Origin: Minisyncoccota bacterium
GTDB taxonomy: Bacteria > Patescibacteriota > Minisyncoccia > Phycocordibacterales > UBA918
Assembly: GCA_035760625.1 (NCBI GenBank)
Contig: DASTSP010000042.1
Coordinates: 1-43,795, forward strand
DNA length: 43,795 bases
Direction: 5' to 3'
Below are positions 25,242 through 33,676 of the stretch, one piece after another; within the stretch, counting starts at the first letter, position 1; each line of letters opens with the position of its first letter. The notes beneath the pieces were generated by a model that did no database searches, was not told the origin of the DNA, and saw only the letters and a program-made list of their open reading frames with translations. The translations under genes were made by a program, and so were the position numbers.

Positions 25242-27236
25242 ATGAACATCACAGCAAACAATGCTGTCTCGAAGCTCTTCGTAGCGTTCGTGGCAGCAGC
25301 GATGCTCTTCATGCTCGCGGCTCCTTCAGCGAAGGCGGCTACGGTTGAGGAGCTTCAGGCACAGATCGCAGCGCTCATGGCGCAGATCGCAGCCCTCTCG
25401 GGCGGATCGACGTCGGGCAGCACGGCGGCTTGCACCTTTACTCGTTCACTCACGGTGGGTGTCTCTGGCGACGACGTTAAGTGCCTCCAGAACTACCTCA
25501 CCCCGACCTACTTCAGCAATGCGGCAGGCGCAACGGGCTACTTCGGTCCGGTGACGCAGGCGGCGGTCGCTGCATGGCAGGCGGCTAACGGCGTCACGCC
25601 GGCGGCTGGTTACTTCGGTCCTGTTTCACAGGCTAAGTACTCCGCTATGGCGTCGGCAGGTGGCAACACCGGCTCGACTGGTGGCAACACCGGCTCGACT
25701 GGCGGCAACCAGGGCGGTAGCACCTCGAACCTTTCGGGCGAGGCTGACCTCGATGACGTTCAGATCGACGATGCTGACGACGATACGGTCCAGGAGGGCC
25801 AGGACGACGTTCAGATCGGCCAGATTACCGTTAAGTTCAAGAACGGCGATGCTCGCATCGATCGAATGGACATCGCTCTTCAGGGCGGTGACGATGAGAC
25901 CGATCCGTGGGATACGTTCGACAAGGTCATGCTCTCCGTCGATGGCGATGAGATCGCTTCGATGGACGCTTCTGACCGAGACAACTACCTTAACGATGAT
26001 GAGGGCTCACTTCGCTTCTCGCATCTCGATCTCGTTGCAAACGAGGACGATGAGGTGGTCATCGACGTAACGGCTGACCTCCAGTCCGGCATGGATGATT
26101 CCAATGACGGCGAGGCGTGGTCGCTCTACGTCGGTTCTGTCCGCTACTTCGATGCGGAGGATGTTGCGACGACCGAGGACGGAGTTGGTGACCAGGTTTC
26201 TGATTTCGGCAGCGTTGGAGCTGCGGCATCGGCTGACTTCACCATTAACGAGGCGGGTAACGATGACGAGATCATCGTGAAGACCTCGTCGGAGGATCCG
26301 GACGCTACGACGCTCGAGGTCAAGGATGACCAGAAGTCTGACTGGTACACGGTCTTCGCGTTCGACCTCGACACGAAGGATTCCGAGAACGACATTGACC
26401 TCAACACCATCCAGGTGGGCGTTCACACGCCGGGCACGTCGACCTACAACGGTCTCGTGGACGACGCTGAACTCGTTATTGATGGCACGACCATCGATGA
26501 TGTGACGGTCACTGGCGGTGGTACGAACGACGCAACGCTCAGTTTCGACGTCAACAACGATGTGACGATCAACGCTGGCGACCGCGTTACCGCAGAGCTC
26601 AAGCTCAAGTTCAAGTCGCTCGCTTCGGGTGATGAGGGCGCAACGATCTACGCAGAGGTCAGCTCGGCTGATCGCGCAGCGATCGACGCGACGGGTGCAG
26701 ATGATCTCGCAGCAGGCCAGCTTTCTGGCTCGGCGACGGGTGATACGCACACGCTCCGCACGTCGGGTGTAGCGGTCGAGGATTTCTCGGCAGACACCGA
26801 CGTAACGACCTCTGATACGGCAACGAACAGCTACGGAACCTTCACCTTCACCTTCGACGTTACGACGATCGGAGATGACGAGGTGTTCATCCCGCTTACG
26901 GCTGCTTCGACGACCGCATCGGGCTCGACGACGAAGGGTGCAGTCTACAAGATCACTGACGCTAACGGCACGACCGTTACGGCATCTGACTCTAACTCGG
27001 CTTCACTCGTTCGTATCTCGGGTGGCGACACCAGCACGGCTGGCTATGTCCGCCTCGATTCTGGTGAGACGGCGACCCTCAAGTTGACGGTCACGTTCAA
27101 CCCGACGACGGCTGGCCAGTTCATCGGTGTACTCGACAGCGTTGGGTTCGCGGCTACGGCTGATCCTGCTACGGACAGCACGACCCTTACCCCGTCGACC
27201 GACTACGATACTGACCCGGCGTTCATCACGAGCTAA
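25242..27236 (+). CDS. secreted acidic cell-surface protein with peptidoglycan-binding domain
   Basis: Signal/anchor (FVAFVAAAMLFMLAAPSAKA), a short coiled coil, a PG_binding_1-like module (DDVKCLQNYL...GYFGPVTQAAVAAWQAANGV...GYFGPVSQAKY), a G/S/T linker, then a ~480-aa D/T-rich beta region. Confidence 0.85.
   Translation: MNITANNAVSKLFVAFVAAAMLFMLAAPSAKAATVEELQAQIAALMAQIAALSGGSTSGSTAACTFTRSLTVGVSGDDVKCLQNYLTPTYFSNAAGATGYFGPVTQAAVAAWQAANGVTPAAGYFGPVSQAKYSAMASAGGNTGSTGGNTGSTGGNQGGSTSNLSGEADLDDVQIDDADDDTVQEGQDDVQIGQITVKFKNGDARIDRMDIALQGGDDETDPWDTFDKVMLSVDGDEIASMDASDRDNYLNDDEGSLRFSHLDLVANEDDEVVIDVTADLQSGMDDSNDGEAWSLYVGSVRYFDAEDVATTEDGVGDQVSDFGSVGAAASADFTINEAGNDDEIIVKTSSEDPDATTLEVKDDQKSDWYTVFAFDLDTKDSENDIDLNTIQVGVHTPGTSTYNGLVDDAELVIDGTTIDDVTVTGGGTNDATLSFDVNNDVTINAGDRVTAELKLKFKSLASGDEGATIYAEVSSADRAAIDATGADDLAAGQLSGSATGDTHTLRTSGVAVEDFSADTDVTTSDTATNSYGTFTFTFDVTTIGDDEVFIPLTAASTTASGSTTKGAVYKITDANGTTVTASDSNSASLVRISGGDTSTAGYVRLDSGETATLKLTVTFNPTTAGQFIGVLDSVGFAATADPATDSTTLTPSTDYDTDPAFITS
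25659..25709 (+). repeat. in-frame 21-nt tandem repeat (2.4 copies) encoding GGNTGST
   Basis: GGTGGCAACACCGGCTCGACT occurs twice, followed by GGCGGCAAC. Confidence 0.9.
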
Positions 27237-27282
27237 TTCGCACGAATTAGCCTAGATGATCCGTTCGGATCTAGTCTAGTCA

Positions 27283-27312
27283 GCAAAAACTCCCCGCAAG
27301 GGGAGTTTTTGC
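27283..27312 (+). terminator. rho-independent terminator of the surface-protein gene
   Basis: GCAAAAACTCCCC GCAA GGGGAGTTTTTGC. Confidence 0.9.
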
Positions 27313-27336
27313 GTATATGGATTCGGAAAGAGAAGA

Positions 27337-27385
27337 AGGGAAACGAAAAATGCACGCGCATCGCGCGTGCATTTTTCGTTTCCCT
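27337..27385. terminator. 23-bp perfect-stem hairpin (second terminator or insulator)
   Basis: AGGGAAACGAAAAATGCACGCGC ATC GCGCGTGCATTTTTCGTTTCCCT, with all 23 pairs verified. Confidence 0.65.
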
Positions 27386-27393
27386 GGTATACT
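27385..27393 (+). promoter_or_regulatory. extended -10 promoter TGgTATACT
   Basis: TGNTATANT pattern whose hexamer ends 6 nt before ATG 27400. Confidence 0.45.
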
Positions 27394-27399
27394 AACCTC

Positions 27400-27501
27400 A
27401 TGTTCAACAGGTCCTTCTACCGCTTCCTCTTCGGCTTCCTCGCCATCATCGCGTCGACCCTCATTCTCATCCTCCTCGTCGGCGGGAGCAAGGGTTCATA
27501 A
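27400..27501 (+). CDS. candidate 33-aa hydrophobic mini-protein (leaderless)
   Basis: MFNRSFYRFLFGFLAIIASTLILILLVGGSKGS forms one TM helix. It is absent from the ORF track (shorter than 60 aa) and ends 12 nt before the DUF1360 gene. Confidence 0.35.
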   Translation: MFNRSFYRFLFGFLAIIASTLILILLVGGSKGS

Positions 27502-27513
27502 TCGCCATCGACC

Positions 27514-27996
27514 ATGAGAATCACCGATCAATACTTCTGGAACGTCATCTTTCTCATCTTCTTCGTCGTCCTCGTCTTCCTCGGGACGGTGATCCTTGAG
27601 AGCGAGGCGTGGAAGCCGCTTTCCGACCTCACCATGACGGACTACGTCCTCATCACGCTCGCGTCGTTTCGCATCATCCGCGCCGTCCTCTACGATAAGA
27701 TATTCGCGTTCTTCCGCGAGCAGTTCTACGACGCGAAGGAGGTGCGCGGGAAGGTCATACTCGTGAAGCCGGAGAGTGGGCCGCGCCGCACGCTCGCCGA
27801 GCTCCTCTCGTGCCCGTGGTGCTTCGGCATTTGGTCGGCCGCGATGGTCTCGTTCTTCTATCTCTTGAGCCCGGTCTTCTTCTATCCCGTCCTCTTCATC
27901 GCGCTCGCCGGCGTCGCCTCGTTTCTCCAGATACTTTCGAATTACATCGGCTGGAAGGCCGAAGAGGCGAAGCAGAACGTCGAAGGACGAATGTAG
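27514..27996 (+). CDS. DUF1360-family membrane protein
   Basis: 160 aa with DYVLITLASFRIIRAVLYDKI and LLSCPWCFGIWSAAMV motifs typical of DUF1360. Confidence 0.8.
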   Translation: MRITDQYFWNVIFLIFFVVLVFLGTVILESEAWKPLSDLTMTDYVLITLASFRIIRAVLYDKIFAFFREQFYDAKEVRGKVILVKPESGPRRTLAELLSCPWCFGIWSAAMVSFFYLLSPVFFYPVLFIALAGVASFLQILSNYIGWKAEEAKQNVEGRM

Positions 27997-28016
27997 CGGG
28001 GAAGGGCATGGAGAGA

Positions 28017-28046
28017 GGAAGCGGCCGCGAGGCCGCTTCCTTTTTT
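28017..28046 (+). terminator. rho-independent terminator
   Basis: GGAAGCGGCC GCGA GGCCGCTTCC followed by TTTTTT. Confidence 0.9.
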
Positions 28047-28055
28047 CGCGCACTC

Positions 28056-28233
28056 TGGTATAGTGTCCGGGTCAGACTCTAGACAGCCGGTCGCTTTCCG
28101 AAAAGGGGAAGCCATAATGAGCCGTTTGGCTCGCCAGCCGAGGTCCAACTACTCCTAGTATTTGGCGGTCGAACTCTGGTCTCTCCCATGGGGAGGTCTG
28201 ACGTCATTAGCAATCAGTACGTTTCGGTCTACT
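28056..28233 (+). promoter_or_regulatory. rplJ promoter (extended -10 TGgTATAGT, 28056-64) and ~165-nt structured leader
   Basis: A long untranslated region precedes rplJ and contains hairpins (for example CTCCC ATG GGGAG). Its position matches the known L10(L12)4-autoregulated leaders. Homology to Rfam L10_leader was not tested. Confidence 0.5.
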
Positions 28234-28719
28234 GTGGCAATAACGAAAGCAAAGAAGCAGGATATCCTCGCGAAGCTCGAGAATATCAAGAAGGACGCCG
28301 AAGCGATCGTCTTCGTGAACTTCAAGGGTGTCACGGTGAAGGATACGACGGCCATGCGCCGCACCATGCGGGACGCGGGTGTCGGTTACTTCGTCGCGAA
28401 GAAGACCCTCATGAAGCGCGCGTTCGGCGAGGCGTACGAGGGCACGATGCCCGAGCTCGATGGAGAGATAGCGGTCGCGTATTCGACCGACGCCATCCTC
28501 CCGGCACAGAACGTCAAAGACTTCGCGAAGCAGTTCAAGGACAAGATCGCGATAGCCGGCGGCATGTTCCAGGGCGTCTGGAAGTCGAAGGAAGAGATGA
28601 CGGAGATCGCGTCGATACCGTCTCTCGACGTCTTGCGCGGTATGTTCGCACAGCTCATCAACTCGCCGCGTCAGCGGTTCGCGGTGGTGCTTAGTAAGGT
28701 TTCGGAAACGAAGTCCTAA
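28234..28719 (+). CDS. rplJ: 50S ribosomal protein L10
   Basis: ORF track 28162..28719 trimmed to GTG 28234 (VAITKAKKQDILAKLENI...), which matches the usual L10 N-terminus and length. Confidence 0.9.
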   Translation: MAITKAKKQDILAKLENIKKDAEAIVFVNFKGVTVKDTTAMRRTMRDAGVGYFVAKKTLMKRAFGEAYEGTMPELDGEIAVAYSTDAILPAQNVKDFAKQFKDKIAIAGGMFQGVWKSKEEMTEIASIPSLDVLRGMFAQLINSPRQRFAVVLSKVSETKS

Positions 28720-28745
28720 TCTATTAACGACTAACTATCAGTATT

Positions 28746-29108
28746 GTGAATAAGGATCAAATCATCGAAGCAGTGGAGAAGATGACCGTTCTCGAGCTCA
28801 ACGATCTCGTGAAGACCATCGAGGAGAAGTGGGGCGTGTCCGCGGCGGCTGTCGCGGTAGCGGCTCCGGGTGCGGCGGCTGACGCTGGCGAGGAGCAGAG
28901 CTCCTTCAACGTCGAGCTCACCGACGGCGGCGCGCAGAAGATCGCCGTCATCAAGGTCGTGAAGGAGGCTCTCGGCCTCGGCCTCAAGGAGGCGAAGGAC
29001 CTCGTCGATGGCGCACCGGCTATCGTCAAGGAGGGCATGAAGAAGGAGGATGCTGAAGCGCTCAAGGCGAAACTCGAGGAAGCTGGAGCGAAAGTTACGC
29101 TCAAGTAA
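28746..29108 (+). CDS. rplL: 50S ribosomal protein L7/L12
   Basis: 120 aa with an N-terminal dimerisation helix, an Ala-rich hinge, and the C-terminal domain [27 protein letters not shown]. Confidence 0.95.
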   Translation: MNKDQIIEAVEKMTVLELNDLVKTIEEKWGVSAAAVAVAAPGAAADAGEEQSSFNVELTDGGAQKIAVIKVVKEALGLGLKEAKDLVDGAPAIVKEGMKKEDAEALKAKLEEAGAKVTLK

Positions 29109-29117
29109 ATTTTCTCA

Positions 29118-29155
29118 CAAAACAAAAACACCCCAATAGGGGTGTTTTTGTTTTG
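29118..29155 (+). terminator. rho-independent terminator
   Basis: CAAAACAAAAACACCCC AATA GGGGTGTTTTTGTTTTG. Confidence 0.85.
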
Positions 29156-29252
29156 CAAAAAAATATGAGCGTAACTTTTGCTCCGAGCGTAGCGAAATAG
29201 TATGTCTCGCAACTAGCGGTAAAGTAACACGTAAGTAAAAAGAAACCCCACG

Positions 29253-29585
29253 CTATCGCGTGGGGCGCGGGGTCGACTCGAGCTCGAGAAGACGCTCGAT
29301 GGAAACCCGCATGTAGTTACCGAGGTCATCTTTCGTGTAGAGGTGGAACGAAAGCGCGTCGGAGACGGCGAGCCCCTTGAGGAACCGCTTCGCGGCGCCT
29401 CTCGTCGTTCGCCAGAACACGTGGTCGACGAGGTCGAGGCGGACGTGAGAGCTCAAGAGACGTTTTTCTTGGAGCCGTCGTTCGAGCCGCTTTTCCACCG
29501 GCTCTGGCAGTTGCTTTATCTCCAGCCAAGCGGGTGCGTTGGGGTCATCGTTTTCCTCCGGCATCCGCTTCTTTCGCGTCCTCAT
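29253..29585 (-). CDS. hypothetical protein
   Basis: 110-aa ORF. Its start overlaps the upstream gene stop by 4 nt (ATGA), which suggests translational coupling. No recognised family. Confidence 0.5.
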   Translation of the reverse strand: MRTRKKRMPEENDDPNAPAWLEIKQLPEPVEKRLERRLQEKRLLSSHVRLDLVDHVFWRTTRGAAKRFLKGLAVSDALSFHLYTKDDLGNYMRVSIERLLELESTPRPTR

Positions 29586-29989
29586 GCGCCCTCCCTCACG
29601 GTCGGCCGCGTCCGCTTGAGGGCGCCTTTCGCCCGTCTTGTCTTCGCGCCCACCTTCTTCCCGTCGGAGCGGTAACGGTAGAGCGGTCCGCCCTCCGTCA
29701 TTCGCACGAAGAGCTTGTAGTGCCCGCTGAAGCTCGGCTCGGACGCGACCCGCGCGATGACCGCCGAATCGACGCGGTAGAGCTGCTGTTCGTCCGCATA
29801 TCCGGGGACGCGGCGCGTCACAGTTTGAGGGAGCTTCACGTCGATCGTGCCGAGCGCGACCGCCTCGCTCACGAGGTTCGAGAGCGGGAGGAGGTAGTAC
29901 TCGAGGACCGACTGCGCCGGCCTCGCCTTGAAGCCAGGACGGAACGTCGCCGCGATGGCGCCCATACGCACAACGGTCTTCCTCGTCAT
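29582..29989 (-). CDS. hypothetical protein with basic C-terminal tail
   Basis: ORF track 29582..30178 trimmed to ATG 29989, which is preceded by AAGGA 5 nt upstream. 135 aa with a C-terminal KKVGAKTRRAKGALKRTRP tail. Confidence 0.5.
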   Translation of the reverse strand: MTRKTVVRMGAIAATFRPGFKARPAQSVLEYYLLPLSNLVSEAVALGTIDVKLPQTVTRRVPGYADEQQLYRVDSAVIARVASEPSFSGHYKLFVRMTEGGPLYRYRSDGKKVGAKTRRAKGALKRTRPTVREGA

Positions 29990-30098
29990 GATTCGTCCTT
30001 TCGGTTTGAAATGTACGGCCGCGCTCATAGTATCGAAAAACGGGGAATGAGCAAGGCAGTGAAAAACGCTCCGGGCAAAGCCGGAGCGTCGTGGTCGT

Positions 30099-30314
30099 TT
30101 AGGTCGTCGGTTGCGGACGGCGGTACGCGAAGAAGAGGCACGCCGTGCCGGCCGCGGAAAGGACGGTGGGAAGCACACCGCCCAGGATGCCCTCGATGGG
30201 CGGGCGGGGAAGCGTTCCCGAGAGGGCGAGCCCCATCAGGACGCCGCCGATGACGAGGAGGGTCCCGGCGATGCCGAGGGTGACCTTCATATCAACGCTC
30301 ATGCGGGTGGCCAT
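30099..30314 (-). CDS. small two-TM membrane protein
   Basis: 71 aa with GGGAGA Shine-Dalgarno 5 nt upstream of ATG 30314 and two hydrophobic helices. Confidence 0.5.
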   Translation of the reverse strand: MATRMSVDMKVTLGIAGTLLVIGGVLMGLALSGTLPRPPIEGILGGVLPTVLSAAGTACLFFAYRRPQPTT

Positions 30315-30429
30315 GCGTTCTCCCGTGTCGTGGAAACCGGAAAAACACTACCACGAATCTCGAATGCGTCAATGGCGGAATGGAACACTCGCCGCTTTGC
30401 CTGTCTAGACATGTGGATAATGAGCCGCG

Positions 30430-30438
30430 TGCTATAAT
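30430..30438 (+). promoter_or_regulatory. extended -10 promoter TGcTATAAT
   Basis: A consensus extended -10 element 22 nt upstream of ATG 30460. Confidence 0.5.
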
Positions 30439-30459
30439 CGCGGCAACGGAATTCCTCCC

Positions 30460-31095
30460 ATGAAAGACTCTCTCGCCATTCTCTTCGGTAACCAGGCACG
30501 CGTCAAACTTCTCCGATTCTTCCTCTTCAATCCGAAGCAGGAATTCACGTTCGATGATATCTCGAGGCGAGCGAAACTCGTCCGTCGCACGGCACGCACC
30601 GAGATAAACGCGCTCGAGCGCGCGGAGGTCATCAAGCGAAAGATGATATACGTGAAGCATCCGACGAAGGACGCGAAGCTTCGCGTGCAAGGCTACGTGC
30701 TCAACGACAAATTTCCCCAGCTCAATTCGCTCCAGTCGTTCTTCTTCGAGACGGCGCCCATCAACGGTACGACGCTCCTCAAGCATCTTCGAAAGGCGGG
30801 ACCGCTCGACTTTCTCGCGTCGACGGGCGTCTTCATGCGTGAGTTCGACCGCCGCCTCGATTTCCTCGTCGCGACGAAGAAATTGAACGAGCACCGGGTC
30901 GAGATCGCGGTCCGAGCGCTCGAGGCGGAGCTTGGCATCGAGATACGCTACGCGACGTTCTCGACGGAGGACCTCATCTACCGCGTCGGTATGTACGACA
31001 AGCTCACGCGCGACGTCTTCGATTACCCGCACCAGATACTCGTCGACCGCGTGGGCGTCCGAAACGAGCTCTTGAGCCGCCCCGCCTTCGCCTAG
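30460..31095 (+). CDS. hypothetical protein, N-terminal winged-helix-like region
   Basis: 211-aa ORF with typical local codon bias. The N-terminus (ARVKLLRFFLFNPKQEFTFDDISRRAKL...INALERAEVI) resembles ArsR/MarR-type wHTH. Confidence 0.65.
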   Translation: MKDSLAILFGNQARVKLLRFFLFNPKQEFTFDDISRRAKLVRRTARTEINALERAEVIKRKMIYVKHPTKDAKLRVQGYVLNDKFPQLNSLQSFFFETAPINGTTLLKHLRKAGPLDFLASTGVFMREFDRRLDFLVATKKLNEHRVEIAVRALEAELGIEIRYATFSTEDLIYRVGMYDKLTRDVFDYPHQILVDRVGVRNELLSRPAFA

Positions 31096-31173
31096 AGAGG
31101 GAAGGAAAGAGTCCCCGTGAGGGGCTTTTTTCGTCCGTTTTTCGCGAAACGGAGCCGACACCTGAAATAGCGC

Positions 31174-31201
31174 TTGACTCTCGAATCCTTTCGTATATAA
31201 T
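31174..31201 (+). promoter_or_regulatory. near-consensus sigma-70 promoter TTGACT-16-TATAAT
   Basis: TTGACT at 31174-79 and TATAAT at 31196-201. This is the strongest promoter match in the window and lies ~435 nt upstream of the 23S gene. Confidence 0.65.
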
Positions 31202-31271
31202 GGCGCCTACGTGTTTATGAGAATCACTAAGGAAACCACCTAGCGGACCATCTTCGCCTAGCGAAGTGTGT

Positions 31272-31292
31272 GCCGCGGAGAGCGGCTTTTTT
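31272..31292 (+). terminator. intrinsic-terminator-like hairpin in the rRNA leader
   Basis: GCCGC GGAGA GCGGC followed by TTTTTT, ~70-85 nt downstream of the predicted start site. Confidence 0.55.
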
Positions 31293-31342
31293 AGTCAAAA
31301 AGTTCAGGGATGGACTTCGGAGAGATTCTCACGGGAACATGC

Positions 31343-31356
31343 GATCGTTGAAAATT
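31343..31356 (+). promoter_or_regulatory. boxA-like antitermination motif
   Basis: GATCGTTGAAAATT resembles Gram-positive rRNA boxA (GTTCTTTGAAAACT, recalled from memory). Confidence 0.35.
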
Positions 31357-31852
31357 GCATATTCCGGAAACGAGATTGATAAGGTCTCGTTTCTAAAATC
31401 CTACGTGTTCGACGCACGTAGGTGTGTTCGCTATTCGAGAGAATAGCGGACGCCAGGTAAGCGCATGCAGCGAAGAGGACAATGCTTCGGCAGGGTCTTT
31501 TCGTCCGCTGCATGCACGACACAAAGTCTCACCTGAGCTTGTATCTCAGGTGAGCGCACTCAAAAATTGTACAGCGGTGTACAGCGTTCGTGTAATAGAC
31601 TATCGCGGCACAAAAGATGCCGTGTCCAGCCTTCCTTACAGGAACGATAAGGGTGTATGGTGGATGCCTTGGCTTCAAAGAGCGATGAAGGACGTGGTAT
31701 GGCTGCGATAAGCGCGGGGGAGATGCCAAACGATCGTAATATCCCGCGATGTCCGAATGAGGAAACTCACCTGCTTACGGCAGGTACCCTCGCAAGAGGG
31801 AGCGCACCCGGTGAAGTGAAACATCACAGTAGCCGGAGGAAGAGAAAGCAAC

Positions 31853-31918
31853 ACAGGGAGGTTTCTTTCTGATCGGAGGGCCGCAAGGCTCACCATTACG
31901 GTCAGGAAGAAGCTTCTT
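31853..31918 (+). other. 66-nt helical expansion/intervening segment in 23S domain I
   Basis: Inserted between GAAAGCAAC and GCGATCCCCTAAGTAGCGGCGAGCGAA, which are contiguous in E. coli. It folds as TTTCTTTC/GGAAGAAG plus CTGATCG/CGGTCAG plus a GCC-GCAA-GGC tetraloop hairpin. Confidence 0.7.
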
Positions 31919-32188
31919 GCGATCCCCTAAGTAGCGGCGAGCGAAAAGGGAAGAGCCCAAACCATTCGTGTTTACACGAATGGGGTTGTAGGGCAGGAGC
32001 GTCATTTAGTTGAGAAGAGTCACCAATTGGTGTGATAGCAGAACGCGTTGGGAAGCGCGACCCTAGCAGGTAATAGTCCTGTATGCGAAATTACATCAAC
32101 TCTTTTGCTTCTGTTCCTGAGTAGTTCGAGACATGAATAGCTCGAATGAATCTGGGAGCACTAACTCCTAAGGCTAAATATCTTTGAA

Positions 32189-32234
<46 letters not shown>

Positions 32235-32802
32235 GGAGAGGGGAGTGAAATAGAACTGAAACCATACATCTACAAGGAGTCGGAGCCCTGCGGGGCGACG
32301 GCGTGCCTATTGAAGAATGAGCCGGCGAGTGTATCTGTATCCTTTGTCTAAGCGGTAACCCCGCGGAGGCACAGTGAAAGCGAGCGTGAATAGCGCGAAT
32401 ATAGGGTACGGATACGACCCGAAGCGGGACGAGCTTGCCATGAGCAGGGTGAAGCGGGGGTAAAACCCCGTGGAGGCCCGAACCGGTGGACCGTTCAAAA
32501 TCCTCGGATGACTTGTGGTAGGGAGTGAAAAGCTAATCGAGTTCCGTAATAGCTGGTTCTCTCCGAAACAGCTTTAGGGTTGGCGTCGCGTGTTCCTCCT
32601 GGGGGTAGAGCACTGGAAGGTCTAAATAGGGGGAAACCCCGTTAGACCTATCAAACTACGAATACCAGGCAGTTAGAGCGCGGCAGTTAGACTACGGGGG
32701 AGAAGCTCCGTTGGTCAAAAGGGAAACAGCCCAGATCGCCAGTTAAGGTCCCTAAATATATGCTCAGTGCGTCTTGAGGAGGTGAGGATTCACTAACAGT
32801 CA

Positions 32803-32834
<32 letters not shown>

Positions 32835-33676
32835 GAAAGCGTAACAGCTCACTGATCGAGAGTCCTCGCGCCGAAGATGATCGGGGCTTAAGCATATTAC
32901 CGAAACTGCGGATTGTACGTTTCTTCGGAAACGTACAGTGGTAGGAGAGCGTTCTCTGTTGCGATGAAGGGAAGGTGAGAACCGCCCTGGAGTACAGAGA
33001 AGTGAGAATGCCGGCACAAGTAACCGCAAGATGGGTGAGAACCCCATCCGCCGAAATACCAAGGTTTCCTTCGCTATGCTGATCAGCGAAGGGTTAGTCG
33101 GTCCTAAGCCGATCCCGACAGGGGGAGGCGATGGATAGCAGGTTAATATTCCTGCACACTGTTCTGTTCGAAGGAGGGACGAAGCGTTGTACTCGAAGCA
33201 TCTTATTGGATTGGTGCTGGAGCTACGAGGAGGTCTGGTAGGCAAATCCGCCGGACATTAACTCCGAGTAGAGTCTGAACCTAAGGCTACGGCCGAGGGA
33301 ACGAGAGGAGCACGCTTTCGAGAAAAACTTCTAAGGTTAAGCAGGACGGTTCCGTACCGCAAACCGACACAGGTGGTAGGGTCGAGAAGACCAAGGCGAA
33401 CGAGTGAGGGGTCCTTAAGGAACTCGGCAAAAAAGCGGCCGTAACTTCGGGATAAGGCCTGCCCTTTCTCCGCAAGGAGGCGGGGCCGCAGCGAAAGATT
33501 TCCTGGCGACTGTTTAACAAAAACACAGCTCTCTGCGAAGACGTAAGTCAATGTATAGAGGGTGACGCCTGACCAATGCCGGAAGGTCAAACATGGAAGG
33601 TGGTACGGATTCGTCCGTACTGCTGGGCTATGTAAGCCCCGGTCAATGTCAGCGATAACTATAATCGTTCTAAGGT

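Noticed and set aside
25659-25709. Tandem repeat as a possible CRISPR or other array
   Set aside because: There are only 2.4 copies of 21 nt with no spacers. The repeat is in frame inside a CDS and encodes a Gly/Ser/Thr linker.
28162-28233. TTG 28162 as the rplJ start, as in the ORF track
   Set aside because: It would add 24 residues with no similarity to L10 N-termini. GTG 28234 gives the typical xAITKxKK start, and the upstream segment fits a regulatory leader.
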